DNA of 64,000 nt from an uncultured virus (IMG/VR IMGVR_UViG_3300038805_000372) (Duplodnaviria; Heunggongvirae; Uroviricota; Caudoviricetes), in the IMG/VR virus record IMGVR_UViG_3300038805_000372; one strand, 5' to 3'. How positions within the stretch are numbered: position 1 is the first letter of the stretch; each line of letters opens with the position of its first letter. Positions 17,642 to 28,913 of the stretch are shown in pieces. Made by a program: the position numbers and the translations under genes. Under the pieces are notes generated by a model. That model was given only the letters and a program-made list of their open reading frames with translations, searched no databases and had not been told where the DNA came from.

Positions 17642-19430
17642 TAATGTCTTTCTAAATCTTGGCGAACTGGAAAAAAGCGTCGAAGCGCTCGCGCCATATA
17701 TTGAAAATCCACGCAAATTTATCGAAACTTTTGTGATGATAGGTAAAAAAGACGGAACTTTCGGAAGAATGACACTGAACACCGCACAAAAAATAGTGAT
17801 GGATGAGGTGGAGCGTCGGATGGCGCTGAAAATGCCGGTGCGGATAAGGATATTGAAATCTCGGCAACAGGGGGCGACTGCTTTTTGCGTGGCTCTCGGA
17901 ATGTGGTGGGCGTGTTGCCACGAGAACGCCTCATACGCCGTCGTTGCGCACAAAGAGACCAGCGCGAGTAGTATATATGACCGCGCGCGAATGATATATA
18001 ACAGTTTGCCCAAAGAGTTGAAGCCGATGACGAGCAAGTTTAACAGTGAGCGCATTTTTTTCGATGGCGACGCTGGCGAGATACAAGGTCTTCGCTCGCG
18101 CGTCTTCTTTGGCACGGCTGGTGGTGGCGAGTTATTTCGTGGTGAAACGATTAACTTTTTGCACAAATCGGAAAAAGCCTTCTGGGATGATAATGGTGGT
18201 ATTCTCGATAAGTCATTGAACGCCACTGTTCCAAAACTGCCAGGAACTTTTATCATTGACGAGACTACTGCCAACGGATATAACCGCTTCAAAGACGAGT
18301 GGGATAGGTCGGTTAGAGGCGAAAATGATTACACACCAATATTTTTACCCTGGTATTTGTCCGAAGAATACGCCCTAAAAACGCCAAAAGGCTTCACGAT
18401 GACCGAAGATGAGAAAAAGTTGGCGCTGAAATATGACCTCACAAAAGAGCAGATATATTGGCGAAGATATACCATCGACAACGACTTTGAAGGTAGAGAG
18501 TTGTTTTTCGACCAAGAATATCCGATAAGTCCAGAAGTCGCTTTTATTGCCAGCGGTATGGGAGTATTTGGCGGAGACCTCACGCGCGAAGGATATAATA
18601 ATGTTTGCACGCCTACGCGCGAGGATTTAAGTGGCATCATCGCCGAGCCACTTTTAGTTTTTGAACAACCGGAAGTTTTCGAAGAAATTGAATATGGAGA
18701 TAAAGTCGTTTTTGATGAGGAAAAGCAAGAGTGGGTAAACATTCATAATGACATCATAGTCGGTCAGACGACAAGAGTTGCGAACTATACCATTGGCGTA
18801 GACACATCTGGTCTTGGTCAGAACTGGAATGTCATAGCGGTTTGGCATAACATCAAAAAGAAATGCGTTGCCGTTTGGAGACAACAAACGATAAGCGAAG
18901 AAAATCTTGCCGATATAGTTATACAAATTGGTAAAAAATATAACAATGCTCTTGTGGCGTGTGAAACTAACTATTCACATTCCGTCTATGATTATCTCGT
19001 GGCGAAGGGATATAAAAATTTATATTTGCGCGAAAATACAGATAGTATATCGAAAGTTCCTCGTGGCGTGTATGGCTGGTATACTACAAATCGCTCAAAG
19101 ACCGCCATTATCAGCACACTTAAAAAAACGCTGACCGAAACGCCAGATGCCATTAAAGATAAAGAGTTTTGGTTTGAGGCTGAATATTTTTTGCTTGAAG
19201 ACCCTGCCAAAAATATAATGAACTCGGCGACAGGACACAATGACGACAATATTATGGCGCAGGCGATTGCTTGCTATGTGTGTAGTAGTTTTCAGGCAAA
19301 ACAAACATACTCTACTAAAACGATGGTTAAAAAAAAGTCCTCTGTTGTATTTCCAACTATTTTGGATTACAATAAAAAGAGTAAAAGTAAAACTAAATTG
19401 CGGAAAGGAATATATAAAAACAATGCCTAA
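17634..19430 (+). CDS. terL: Terminase large subunit
   Basis: ILKSRQQGAT Walker A, ETTANG, IGVDTS nuclease Asp, ACETN and GHNDD. Confidence 0.9.
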   Translation: MADNVFLNLGELEKSVEALAPYIENPRKFIETFVMIGKKDGTFGRMTLNTAQKIVMDEVERRMALKMPVRIRILKSRQQGATAFCVALGMWWACCHENASYAVVAHKETSASSIYDRARMIYNSLPKELKPMTSKFNSERIFFDGDAGEIQGLRSRVFFGTAGGGELFRGETINFLHKSEKAFWDDNGGILDKSLNATVPKLPGTFIIDETTANGYNRFKDEWDRSVRGENDYTPIFLPWYLSEEYALKTPKGFTMTEDEKKLALKYDLTKEQIYWRRYTIDNDFEGRELFFDQEYPISPEVAFIASGMGVFGGDLTREGYNNVCTPTREDLSGIIAEPLLVFEQPEVFEEIEYGDKVVFDEEKQEWVNIHNDIIVGQTTRVANYTIGVDTSGLGQNWNVIAVWHNIKKKCVAVWRQQTISEENLADIVIQIGKKYNNALVACETNYSHSVYDYLVAKGYKNLYLRENTDSISKVPRGVYGWYTTNRSKTAIISTLKKTLTETPDAIKDKEFWFEAEYFLLEDPAKNIMNSATGHNDDNIMAQAIACYVCSSFQAKQTYSTKTMVKKKSSVVFPTILDYNKKSKSKTKLRKGIYKNNA

Positions 19431-19680
19431 AATATTAAAAAATGATGTTTACGAAAAATTAATTAATGATTTGAATAGTTCTCGCGCGGAGGTTGATGTT
19501 TTACGCGCCGAACTCGAAGAAGCAAAAAAAGCGTTGGCAAAAGCACAAGCCTCCGAAAAAGATGTTTCTGACAAATTAAAAAAAGTTTTAGAAGATAAAA
19601 AAGCAAAATCCCATATAGCCAAGAAAAAATGGTTAAATGGTGAATACGGAGTAGAATATGAAGAACACGGAAGTAAATAA
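19423..19680 (+). CDS. Small coiled-coil hypothetical protein (start MPKIL)
   Basis: Overlaps the TerL stop and portal start; AAGGA RBS. Confidence 0.55.
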   Translation: MPKILKNDVYEKLINDLNSSRAEVDVLRAELEEAKKALAKAQASEKDVSDKLKKVLEDKKAKSHIAKKKWLNGEYGVEYEEHGSK

Positions 19681-21520
19681 AAGCGCACAAAAAATTAGCG
19701 ACCAGTTTAAGAACGCAAGCGGTTTTCTTACGCAACTATCTCTTTTCAAGGACATTGAAAGAAGCATTAATTTTTATGAAGGTCGCCAATGGAATATGGA
19801 CGCTGATATTTCCGAGTATCCAAAAATCGTTCTAAATATCATCAAACAAATCGCCCAAGTAAAACATAGCGGAATTTTAGGAAATAACTATGCCTTTTTG
19901 GTCGATAGCGATAGTCCTCTTTCAACAAGAAAAATCGAAGCGTTTCTAAAGCGTCTTCACTATCAAATGAAGATGAAGCGCAAAGATAGAAAGATTCTAA
20001 AAGATGTTTTCAAAAAAGGAACTGGCATTTTGTATTTCTATTGGGATAAAGATACAAGAAGCATTATGTCCAAGAGCGGTGGAAGGTTAAAAGCCGAAGT
20101 GATTGATATTAGAAATTTTCGCGTAGCAGACCCGTCAATACTTGAAATTCAAGAGCAAGAATGGGTAGCGTTTGCAACTCGTGAAAGAATCGAGGCGCTC
20201 GAAGCCCAGTTTCCTAAAGTAAAAGACAAACTTGTCGCCGATGCAGACCTAAACACAGTGGGAACGCAAAAAGAGCCTTATGACGAGGATGTCAAAAAAC
20301 AATTTGTGACAGTTTATACCAAATTTTTCCGAAACGAAGACGGAGAAGTGTGTTTTATAAAAGCAACAGATACTGAAATATTGGAAAAAGAAACTTTCTT
20401 AAATCCAACATACAATGGAAAAAAGAAAGAAGAGCCTAATTCAACCTCTCTCCAAGACGGTAAAGAAATAAAGAACTATCCGGATGTTGCTTTTACATTG
20501 TATCCATTTGCAAGTTTAGTATTTGATGAAAGAGATAATTGCTTTTATGGAATACCTGCCGTTTTAGAATATATCGAAACGCAAAAATCTGTAAATAAGC
20601 ATTTCTCTGTTTATGATAAAGGATTAGACGACGCTGTTCTTGGTGGTTATGTTTATCGCAATGGAGTTCTTGGTGAACAAGAAATTACTGCTGATAATGG
20701 ACAAACAATCGGATTAGATATGCAAGTCGGAGAAAGATGGAACGATGTCTTTGGAAAAATACCTACAAACAACATTCCTTCTGACGCTCTAAATTATTCG
20801 ATTAATTTGCTCGGAGTATTAAGAAATGTCACAGGCACAACTAATGTCGCCATCGGACAAGCAGATTATTCTGGTCAAAGCGGAAAACAAACGCAAATGT
20901 TGTTGGAGCGCGCAAAAGAAAATACAACAGACCTCGCGCAAGCGTTTAATGATTTCAAAGTTGACCAAGTTGAAATTATGTTTATGTTTGCAAAGTTCTA
21001 TTATGATAATGAACCATTTGTAGAAATCGAACACGGTAAAGATGACAACAGAATAATTGGTGACTATACTGGTAAAAATTCATTTAATGGAACAGAATAT
21101 CAAAAAGACGATGTTCAGTTTGATTTACAAGTATCTCCTTCTCAAGCATTAAGCGAAGCAACTTTAACCGAAATTCTTGGCTTATCTGTGCAGAGCGGAC
21201 AAATTGATATTTCAGATTATATCGACCTCATTCCTGATGGATATTTCCCAAATCGTGTTGAATTGAAACATAAGTTGCAACAAGGAACGCTTGCCATTAT
21301 GAAACAGATGGAAGCCAAACTTCAACAAGCCGAACAAGTTATGCAACAAATGGCACAACAATATAACAAGACGATGGAAGAATATACCAAAAAGATTAAT
21401 ACGGTAGATAATATTATCCGAGAAAATCAAGCCTTAAAAGAAATGCTCGCTAATATAGAAAGTAAAAAAATCGAAAAAAATAAAGAAGTTGCGAAAAAAA
21501 TAATTCCACCAGAAAAATAA
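19658..21520 (+). CDS. Portal protein (P22-like)
   Basis: FYEGRQW, 620 aa, Q-rich C-terminal coiled coil; follows TerL. Confidence 0.85.
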   Translation: MKNTEVNKSAQKISDQFKNASGFLTQLSLFKDIERSINFYEGRQWNMDADISEYPKIVLNIIKQIAQVKHSGILGNNYAFLVDSDSPLSTRKIEAFLKRLHYQMKMKRKDRKILKDVFKKGTGILYFYWDKDTRSIMSKSGGRLKAEVIDIRNFRVADPSILEIQEQEWVAFATRERIEALEAQFPKVKDKLVADADLNTVGTQKEPYDEDVKKQFVTVYTKFFRNEDGEVCFIKATDTEILEKETFLNPTYNGKKKEEPNSTSLQDGKEIKNYPDVAFTLYPFASLVFDERDNCFYGIPAVLEYIETQKSVNKHFSVYDKGLDDAVLGGYVYRNGVLGEQEITADNGQTIGLDMQVGERWNDVFGKIPTNNIPSDALNYSINLLGVLRNVTGTTNVAIGQADYSGQSGKQTQMLLERAKENTTDLAQAFNDFKVDQVEIMFMFAKFYYDNEPFVEIEHGKDDNRIIGDYTGKNSFNGTEYQKDDVQFDLQVSPSQALSEATLTEILGLSVQSGQIDISDYIDLIPDGYFPNRVELKHKLQQGTLAIMKQMEAKLQQAEQVMQQMAQQYNKTMEEYTKKINTVDNIIRENQALKEMLANIESKKIEKNKEVAKKIIPPEK

Positions 21521-21561
21521 TTTTATTAGAAATATAAATAGTTAGTGCTAAAAAAACGGTA

Positions 21562-21590
21562 TTGACTATTTTATTTTTTACATTTACAAT
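21562..21590 (+). promoter_or_regulatory. Sigma70-type promoter for head genes
   Basis: TTGACT-17 nt-TACAAT. Confidence 0.6.
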
Positions 21591-21653
21591 AATAGTGAAC
21601 GCAGGGAACGCGGAAAAATCCATTCGCTCGCCGAGCGCAAAAAGGGGAAAAAA

Positions 21654-22403
21654 ATGTTAGAAGAAAACAAAAAAATTGAAGACATCGTTGACGAAAGTCA
21701 CAAAGAAGACGATGACGACAAAGCCTTCATCGAATCGCTACTCAATCCTAAAGACGAAGTTCAGAAAAATCTCGGAGAAGAGATGACAGATGAACAAAAA
21801 GCAGAAGAGGCGTTAAAAAAGAAAAACGCCGAAGAAGCACAAAAGCGTCGCGATAGGGAAGCGAAAGAAAAAGCCGAAAAAGAAGCCAAAGCCAAACAAG
21901 AACAAGAGGCACTGGCAAAAGCCGAAGCCGAAGCGAAAGCAAAAGCCGAAGAAGAAGCCAAGAAAAAACTTGAAGCCGAAGCGCGCGCAAAAAGCGAGAG
22001 CGATAAGCAGAAAGAAAATCAAGTTCTTGAATTAGCCAAACAAATTAGCGATTTCAAGATTAAACATCCAGAAATTGATATTCAAAAACTTCAAAAAGAT
22101 GAAAATTTTAATGAATATTTGAGTGGTAAATTGTTAGGCAAGAAAAGTTTTACAGATTTATTCGAAAGTTATAGCGAATTCGTAAAACGCATTGGTGGAC
22201 AAAACACTGCCGAACTATATAACAAAAACGCTGAAAAACCAAGTTCAGGTAGCGCTAAAAAAGGAACACAAGTGCCAGACGATATTTATTCTGAAGAAGA
22301 GATGAATCGCCTCGCTAAAAAAATTCCTTTTATGTCAAGACAAGAACTTGCTAAAATTAACGATAAGTTAAATCGCTCGGTTGCCTACTATAACAAAAAT
22401 TAA
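21654..22403 (+). CDS. Capsid scaffolding protein (putative)
   Basis: Charged helical EAKAK-rich protein between portal and capsid. Confidence 0.7.
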   Translation: MLEENKKIEDIVDESHKEDDDDKAFIESLLNPKDEVQKNLGEEMTDEQKAEEALKKKNAEEAQKRRDREAKEKAEKEAKAKQEQEALAKAEAEAKAKAEEEAKKKLEAEARAKSESDKQKENQVLELAKQISDFKIKHPEIDIQKLQKDENFNEYLSGKLLGKKSFTDLFESYSEFVKRIGGQNTAELYNKNAEKPSSGSAKKGTQVPDDIYSEEEMNRLAKKIPFMSRQELAKINDKLNRSVAYYNKN

Positions 22404-22425
22404 TTGAAAGGACATAAATAAATTT

Positions 22426-23361
22426 ATGGGAAATACACAAATCAGTTTGCCCGCTCTATCTGCAAAGATTTATCAAGAGTGGCTACCAAAAACAGTTCTC
22501 GTTCAAAGTTGTGATGATGCTTATGAAGGAGAATTTAATCTCGAAACTCGTGAAATCGACATTCCGGTTTATCACGATTTATCAATTCATCTCACAACGC
22601 TCAAAGAGGCAGAGTTAAAACCAGCCTCAATCGAATTTGTCAAAGCCTCAACAAAACGCGTTAGTATCGACAAAGGTCGTTATGCCCACTGGGGACAAAC
22701 CGAAGTCGGTAAACTAATGTCAAGATTATCCGCAGAAGACAGCGAAGTTCGCAAAAAACTCGTTAACAAATGGGCAGTCGAAGCGGAAAAAGAATTAGCG
22801 CAATGGTGCGCTCAACTACCAAGCGGTCAAGAAATTGACCTAATTACAGCATTGACTGTGGCAGACACTAACACTAATGGACTGCTCGGCACTGGCAATG
22901 TTATGCAAGCGCTCGATATTCTCAAGGCTTTCGCTATTAATAACAATATGGAACCCAGCGAATTCAAATTATTCGTAAGTGAAAAGTTTGAAAGTGTTCT
23001 TCGCGATTCCAAACTTGTTCTCGCAAGCGTTTCTGCCGATGAAGCGTTCAGAAGTGGTTCTGTTGGTGTTGTAAATTCTGTTGACATTCGCAGACACAAT
23101 GTCGCTTCTATTACCACACGCAATTCTTCGACTCACATCGTTGAATCCGAATGGGGAATTTGGAAGACCAAAGATGGTATCCAATATGTTGTTCCTTACA
23201 AGAACACTGTTTCTTACGAAATCTCGCCAACCGAAGTCCTTATGGGCGGAACTGGTTATCAAACCGTAGAATATTACGATTTCTTCAACCTTTATCCGTC
23301 AAGATTATACAAAGTCAAGATTAGATATGCTGGGACTTCTAATCCGCCGACTTCATTTTAA
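22426..23361 (+). CDS. Major capsid protein (putative, HK97/P22-like)
   Basis: Position, 311-aa size, YEGE...IDIP and GSVGVVNSVDI patterns. Confidence 0.75.
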   Translation: MGNTQISLPALSAKIYQEWLPKTVLVQSCDDAYEGEFNLETREIDIPVYHDLSIHLTTLKEAELKPASIEFVKASTKRVSIDKGRYAHWGQTEVGKLMSRLSAEDSEVRKKLVNKWAVEAEKELAQWCAQLPSGQEIDLITALTVADTNTNGLLGTGNVMQALDILKAFAINNNMEPSEFKLFVSEKFESVLRDSKLVLASVSADEAFRSGSVGVVNSVDIRRHNVASITTRNSSTHIVESEWGIWKTKDGIQYVVPYKNTVSYEISPTEVLMGGTGYQTVEYYDFFNLYPSRLYKVKIRYAGTSNPPTSF

Positions 23362-23379
23362 TTAAGGAGGAAAAATGAT

Positions 23380-23931
23380 ATGGCAACAAAAAATATTCCG
23401 TTAACAATTCTTCCGGTCAATAGACCTGGCATCATCTCACCCGCTATCGTGTTCTTAACACAAACGGCAAATGACGACCTTGTTATTCCGTTCCGTTATC
23501 CTTTTGCTGATATTGAGAACTACGCATCTCTAAAAACGGCAGGGTTCTTCCGACATTCCACCACAACTGTTTCCAGCGATTTGGGTGGCTCGGCTTCCGC
23601 AGATACAGAAGGGAAACTTGGATTCAAACTTCCACATCCAGAAAAACTTATTCTCTTAATGCGCGTCAATACAGACATTGATACCGCTACCACAGACGAT
23701 GTAACAATCGTTATTCGTGGTTCAGATGAATACAAAATTCCGGATGTCACCATTTTCCTTGATGAAAAATCGTATGGTGGCTCTGCTGTTCCAGCAGGCA
23801 CTCTCTATGAATTAGACCTATCTAATTTTGGTCTTCTAATCGGTGGAGACAAGGCTGTTAGCGCAGGGGGCATTGTAATTGACTGCGATAAAGCAACGAT
23901 TGATTTTGCTCTTGTAGCCCGTATGGGTTAA
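23380..23931 (+). CDS. Putative capsid decoration/structural protein
   Basis: Beta-rich ORF directly after the capsid gene with a strong AAGGAGG RBS. Confidence 0.5.
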   Translation: MATKNIPLTILPVNRPGIISPAIVFLTQTANDDLVIPFRYPFADIENYASLKTAGFFRHSTTTVSSDLGGSASADTEGKLGFKLPHPEKLILLMRVNTDIDTATTDDVTIVIRGSDEYKIPDVTIFLDEKSYGGSAVPAGTLYELDLSNFGLLIGGDKAVSAGGIVIDCDKATIDFALVARMG

Positions 23932-23961
23932 TCGCTATCTTGCAATAAAAAAGAAAACACT

Positions 23962-23990
23962 AACCACCCGATAAAAAAGGTGGTTTTTGT
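23962..23990 (+). terminator. Intrinsic terminator after head genes
   Basis: AACCACC/GGTGGTT stem followed by a T-tract. Confidence 0.6.
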
Positions 23991-23993
23991 TAT

Positions 23994-24022
23994 TTTACAA
24001 ATAAAAAAACTCGTGTTATAAT
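23994..24022 (+). promoter_or_regulatory. Sigma70-type promoter for tail genes
   Basis: TTTACA-17 nt-TATAAT with TG extension. Confidence 0.65.
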
Positions 24023-24042
24023 AAATAAAGGAATAAAACAAT

Positions 24043-24315
24043 ATGAGAAAACAAGACCAATTATATGAAGTTGAATTAAAATCTAAATCTTTATTGCGCG
24101 AAGGCAAAAAGGGATTTATTACATATTTCAAAGGTGGAAATAAAAAAACTATTGCAAGCAATGTTAGAAAACTTTATCCCCAATGGACAAAAGAAGAAGA
24201 TAAACCTGTCGTAAATATAACTCCTATTTCGTATCGTGAATATCAATCAAGATTAGACTCTGATATTATTAAGCATAAAGCACATCTTATGAAAGCGGAG
24301 GCTCACATTGTATGA
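24043..24315 (+). CDS. Hypothetical protein
   Basis: ORF with RBS after the promoter. Confidence 0.55.
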   Translation: MRKQDQLYEVELKSKSLLREGKKGFITYFKGGNKKTIASNVRKLYPQWTKEEDKPVVNITPISYREYQSRLDSDIIKHKAHLMKAEAHIV

Positions 24316-24989
24316 AACTTGGTGAAATAAAACTAATGGCGCTGAAGTTGATGTTTGTTGATACAGACATAACTTATGATATTTCTGATATGGAAGAATA
24401 CTATAACAATAACAATACGCGCGATAAACTAATTCGTATGAACGATAGCATAAACCGCGCGCTCAATCTTTATTACCAACGAGTAGGTCTTCCACGAGCA
24501 AAAAAAGAAGTAACGCTTGACAAAGAAGGTGGCACAAGCACATATTATTTTAATAGTATTGCTGACCTTTCTGCGCAAATACCAGACCTTCAAAATGTTC
24601 TTAAAGTTAGAATATCATCGCCATATAAATCAACTTTATATAATGCTAATTTTGAATTTGAAGGTAACGAAATAACTTTTACTGATTTATATAGATATGT
24701 CACAAGCACAGAGGCAGAAAATCTAACAATCGAAATCTTCTATGAAAAGAAACCTTTATATGTAACATCAAATGACGAAGATGCAACTTTTGATTTTGAT
24801 GACTTAAATATTCCTACTGACATTCAATTAGAAATTCCAAAGTATGTAAAAGGAGAAGCATACGAAGAAGATGAACCGCAAATGGCTATGTATGCGAAAA
24901 GCGAATTTCTTAATTATTTGCAATTAGTCAAAAAGCCAAAAGTCATTAAACAGCAAAAGATTAGAAATATAAAATGGTCTGAAAAATAA
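24312..24989 (+). CDS. Head-tail adaptor protein (putative)
   Basis: MKLGEIK start, helical termini, position before the nozzle gene. Confidence 0.6.
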   Translation: MKLGEIKLMALKLMFVDTDITYDISDMEEYYNNNNTRDKLIRMNDSINRALNLYYQRVGLPRAKKEVTLDKEGGTSTYYFNSIADLSAQIPDLQNVLKVRISSPYKSTLYNANFEFEGNEITFTDLYRYVTSTEAENLTIEIFYEKKPLYVTSNDEDATFDFDDLNIPTDIQLEIPKYVKGEAYEEDEPQMAMYAKSEFLNYLQLVKKPKVIKQQKIRNIKWSEK

Positions 24990-24990
24990 T

Positions 24991-27900
24991 ATGTCATATC
25001 AAAAGGATAGAGAAATTTTTAACATCGGAGGTTTTAGAGGTTTAGATACCGAAAACCCGAAAGATAAAGTTGAGTCTTTTAGAGCAACAAATGGAAAGAA
25101 TTTTCAAATTGATTCCAATTCATTAAAAACAAGACCTGGTTTAATTAATGATAAAGTTTATAATGTAGATGGCAACATTATCGGGATGTTCGTATGGAAC
25201 GGTTTAGAGATTTTGCTTACAGTTGGCGACATTAATGGCAAGTCAAGAATTTATATTATTAATGACAATTTTTCATATTACACAGATGGTTCGGATAGCA
25301 ATGGTCTAAAAAATATTTTCACTAATATCAGAGAATTTTCTTTTGCTTCTACACAACCTTTTTTTGTTCAAGAGAAAAAATGTTTATTTATTTTTTGTGT
25401 AAATGATATTTTAGTTTTATCTGCTATTAATAATAATGTTTTTGTGGTTTATAGTATTGACGATAAAATTCCTTATGATACAGCATCTTTGAGCGATTTT
25501 TGTTCAACCGAAGTTTATAATGATTTACCGTATGCTTATGTTCCAACAATTCAAATAGGTGAAAACTTTTTCGAAGATGTCAATCTACTTTCTAATAAAA
25601 GAAAATATAAACTATTTAATAAAGATTCGGACGATTTATATAATGAGTATTATCTTTTGGCTGATTATGACCCAGTTAAAAATGGAGAATTAAGTAAAAG
25701 CGATGTAAATGTAGAATTTTATGGTAAAAATATCAATTCTATTGAAAAAATACCTATTTTTCTTGGAGTGCAAAATGAATTGCCAATAGATTATGAAACA
25801 GAAACAGTTAGTTTTCATTTATTTGATTTTACAACAAAACAAATCAAAGATGGTTATACGGCGACAGAAATTTGGGAATTTTTGGACACAGACACAAACT
25901 TTGAAAATCCTATTAGTCAAGTTGCTGGAATAACAAAAGCAAAAGCGCTTAAATTTATTATCTCTAATGATTCTAATGAAGATATTACTATATTTGAATA
26001 TTTGCAAAACATAGATTTATCAAGTTATTCAACCGCCATAGGCGAAAAACAAGTGGTTTTTAAGTTTCCTATTGATATAGAGGTTATGTATAGAATAAAA
26101 AACTCGTCAGGCGAAATAGTAAGTTCTGCCAACAAAAAGATTTTTACTATGTATATATACTTTGGATATTATGAAATAGAACCATTCCAAAAATGGATAT
26201 TAGCGAATAGTAATTATGTTGTTAGCCAAACGGTTATTTCTACAACTGATTCTTTTCCAACTTCTTTTGTGTTAAGACGACCAAGTTTTGAGCCATACTC
26301 TATTAATGTAGATACTTTTGATGATTTACCAGTAGTAGAAGAAGATGTTCAGGATGATACTGCATATTATTGTGAAGACGAAAATGATACATTATATCTT
26401 TGGTCTTCAACACAACAAGAATTTGTGCAGGTTTGTAAAGAATATCCCAACATTGTCGCCATACCATACGATGAGCCTTATTTAACAATCGAACAAAAAA
26501 AATCATATATAAATTGGTTTAATATAAATCATCCTTTGCCATCAGATATTTTAGAGGCGCAAATAAGAATAAAAACAAAAGCCACTACAACCGTTTATCC
26601 ATTAAGGACATATAGCAATTTGACTATTCCAGAACCAGTGGATGAAGGTGATTTTGGTTACGGAAATTATTATGCTGTTTCGGGAGTTTATAATAATTGG
26701 CAAGGTTTTTCAAGTTCTCCTTATCCATTCATTAGACCTGTTGGTGTTCCTGGTAAGCCTTCTATTGTTATTGAAGTCCTATATACTTCTGATAGCATAC
26801 CGACGAGATTAAAAGACGGAGGATGGTATGCCGGCATATCACAAGCGACATCTTCAAGAATAAATGAGTATATAAATGATGAACATTTAGCGCCAGGTAA
26901 TTATAATTTAATTTTGCATATAGGAGAAATCAAGACATCTGGTGGCGGAGTGTTTCAACAAGGATATAAATATTCGTTTGGAACAACAATGACAGTAAAC
27001 GCTAACGCAGATTATGAAAAATATTCATTCAAACTTCATATATTGCATCTTTACAGACAATCTGATGCAGTTAATAATCTTTTTGAATTATCATATACAG
27101 AAGAAGGCATAAATGCCAAAGTTATAAATTATTTAATAAACTATAAAAACGAACCAGCCATAACAATAACGATAGGTTTTGCTAATAATAGTTATAATAA
27201 AAATCTTATAGCGAAGACTAAATTTGGAACAACTTTCGGAAGTGAAAGTAGAGTGTTTTTGGCGGGCAATCCAGACTTTAAGCATATTGATAGATATAAT
27301 GTTTCTAATGATTTGCTTGGAAATAACGATGTTTCGCAAAGTTATGAATTATCTTATTTTCCATCTAAAAATTATCGAGTAGTTGGTAGTGGAGCAAGCG
27401 AAATTAATGGGTATGCTGTTGCTACTGATACTATGCTTTATATAACGAAAACTTTTGCCGTTAATGATAGTTGCTTATATATCAGGTCAAGAACTATTGG
27501 AGAAAACGGAAATGTAAGTTTTTTTGAGTATCGAACAAATATAACAAAAACCCCAATTAATAATAAATGTATAGTTAATTTTTATAACGATATTGTTATG
27601 CTTACAAAAGATGGATTATTAGGCATAGAAATAGCAAGTAATGTTTTGACTAATGAAAGATTATTAAAGTTGCGAAGCGGTTTTATCAACAAGCAACTAA
27701 AAGAAGACATTGCAAACAACGCAAGTATATTTTGCATAGAAGATAACGAAAGACTTTATATGGTGGTAGGTAAAAATGTTTATGTTGCAGACGCTCGATA
27801 TGTTGCTATTAATGAAAATGCGCAAATAGATAATGTTTCATACGAAATAGTAAAATGGGAACTCGACATACCTCTATATTCCGCTATTAATACTTATGAT

Positions 27901-28896
27901 GGAATTATATTTTACGACGCTAAACGGTTATATTCTTTCGAAGAAGCCTCATACGATAAAACCGAATATGTTTTCAAAGAAGGCGAAATTGCTATTGATG
28001 GAGAAGATGTTGTTGTAAGCGCAACTATTTTTGATTCAATTCAAGATAATGATACTCTTGATATAACTTCAAGCGACGATATATATGTTAAGGTTATTGA
28101 CGGTTTAGATTTGGACATAGAAGAAGTTGCTGGTGGTATAAATTTAACAATAACCGCTGATAATATAAATTATATAGAGACTATATCTGGTAGCAAAATT
28201 GATGAACTTATTATATCTGCATATAACGAAATTGATGATGGAGATTTAGGAACAATCTTTAATACATTAGTTATTGATGATGTTTATGAAAACAAAGTTA
28301 TATTTTATGCTGACGAAACTTCTTCATCTATAAAAGGTTTGGCTATAAAATTGGACAATAGACATTTATATATACAAAAAACAGATACTGATGGACATAT
28401 AACATTAAAATTAAGACCGTTTATTGTTGAAGAAGATAAAACATTAGAAGAAACAGAATTAAATAATCCGAATGTTTCATTGCTTATAAACGACTCCACA
28501 AAACCTGATTGTTCTTTGACAATAAGTTCTCCTGTTGAAGTGGAGTGGATTAGTGGCATCCTTGATTTTGGAAATAAACTTTATGAAAAGACAATGTTTT
28601 CTTTATCGTTTTATGTAAAGACAGATGAAAATAGTAATTTATTTCAATACGGTTATAGAACATTAAGAGGTAATAAGGCTCTATCGGATTTACAAGAAAT
28701 CGAAAGAGGAAATTCTCTTACATTTTATAATACTGATTTTAATATTTTTTCTCTAACAACTTTTGAAAATACTGTGATTTCTAAACGGCAAAAAGAAAAT
28801 AATTTTTTATACATACAATTTATTTTTAGTGGCAAAGGAAATATTGAAATAAGCGATTTTTTAGTGTATTATAAAAATAATAGGAAAAACAAATAA
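24991..28896 (+). CDS. Tail nozzle/stabilisation protein (podovirus-type) with large insertions
   Basis: GGFRGLD...NF...LKTRPG N-terminus, RVFLAGN; beta-rich, 1301 aa. Confidence 0.6.
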   Translation: MSYQKDREIFNIGGFRGLDTENPKDKVESFRATNGKNFQIDSNSLKTRPGLINDKVYNVDGNIIGMFVWNGLEILLTVGDINGKSRIYIINDNFSYYTDGSDSNGLKNIFTNIREFSFASTQPFFVQEKKCLFIFCVNDILVLSAINNNVFVVYSIDDKIPYDTASLSDFCSTEVYNDLPYAYVPTIQIGENFFEDVNLLSNKRKYKLFNKDSDDLYNEYYLLADYDPVKNGELSKSDVNVEFYGKNINSIEKIPIFLGVQNELPIDYETETVSFHLFDFTTKQIKDGYTATEIWEFLDTDTNFENPISQVAGITKAKALKFIISNDSNEDITIFEYLQNIDLSSYSTAIGEKQVVFKFPIDIEVMYRIKNSSGEIVSSANKKIFTMYIYFGYYEIEPFQKWILANSNYVVSQTVISTTDSFPTSFVLRRPSFEPYSINVDTFDDLPVVEEDVQDDTAYYCEDENDTLYLWSSTQQEFVQVCKEYPNIVAIPYDEPYLTIEQKKSYINWFNINHPLPSDILEAQIRIKTKATTTVYPLRTYSNLTIPEPVDEGDFGYGNYYAVSGVYNNWQGFSSSPYPFIRPVGVPGKPSIVIEVLYTSDSIPTRLKDGGWYAGISQATSSRINEYINDEHLAPGNYNLILHIGEIKTSGGGVFQQGYKYSFGTTMTVNANADYEKYSFKLHILHLYRQSDAVNNLFELSYTEEGINAKVINYLINYKNEPAITITIGFANNSYNKNLIAKTKFGTTFGSESRVFLAGNPDFKHIDRYNVSNDLLGNNDVSQSYELSYFPSKNYRVVGSGASEINGYAVATDTMLYITKTFAVNDSCLYIRSRTIGENGNVSFFEYRTNITKTPINNKCIVNFYNDIVMLTKDGLLGIEIASNVLTNERLLKLRSGFINKQLKEDIANNASIFCIEDNERLYMVVGKNVYVADARYVAINENAQIDNVSYEIVKWELDIPLYSAINTYDGIIFYDAKRLYSFEEASYDKTEYVFKEGEIAIDGEDVVVSATIFDSIQDNDTLDITSSDDIYVKVIDGLDLDIEEVAGGINLTITADNINYIETISGSKIDELIISAYNEIDDGDLGTIFNTLVIDDVYENKVIFYADETSSSIKGLAIKLDNRHLYIQKTDTDGHITLKLRPFIVEEDKTLEETELNNPNVSLLINDSTKPDCSLTISSPVEVEWISGILDFGNKLYEKTMFSLSFYVKTDENSNLFQYGYRTLRGNKALSDLQEIERGNSLTFYNTDFNIFSLTTFENTVISKRQKENNFLYIQFIFSGKGNIEISDFLVYYKNNRKNK

Positions 28897-28913
28897 TATC
28901 GTGAGGTAAAAAT

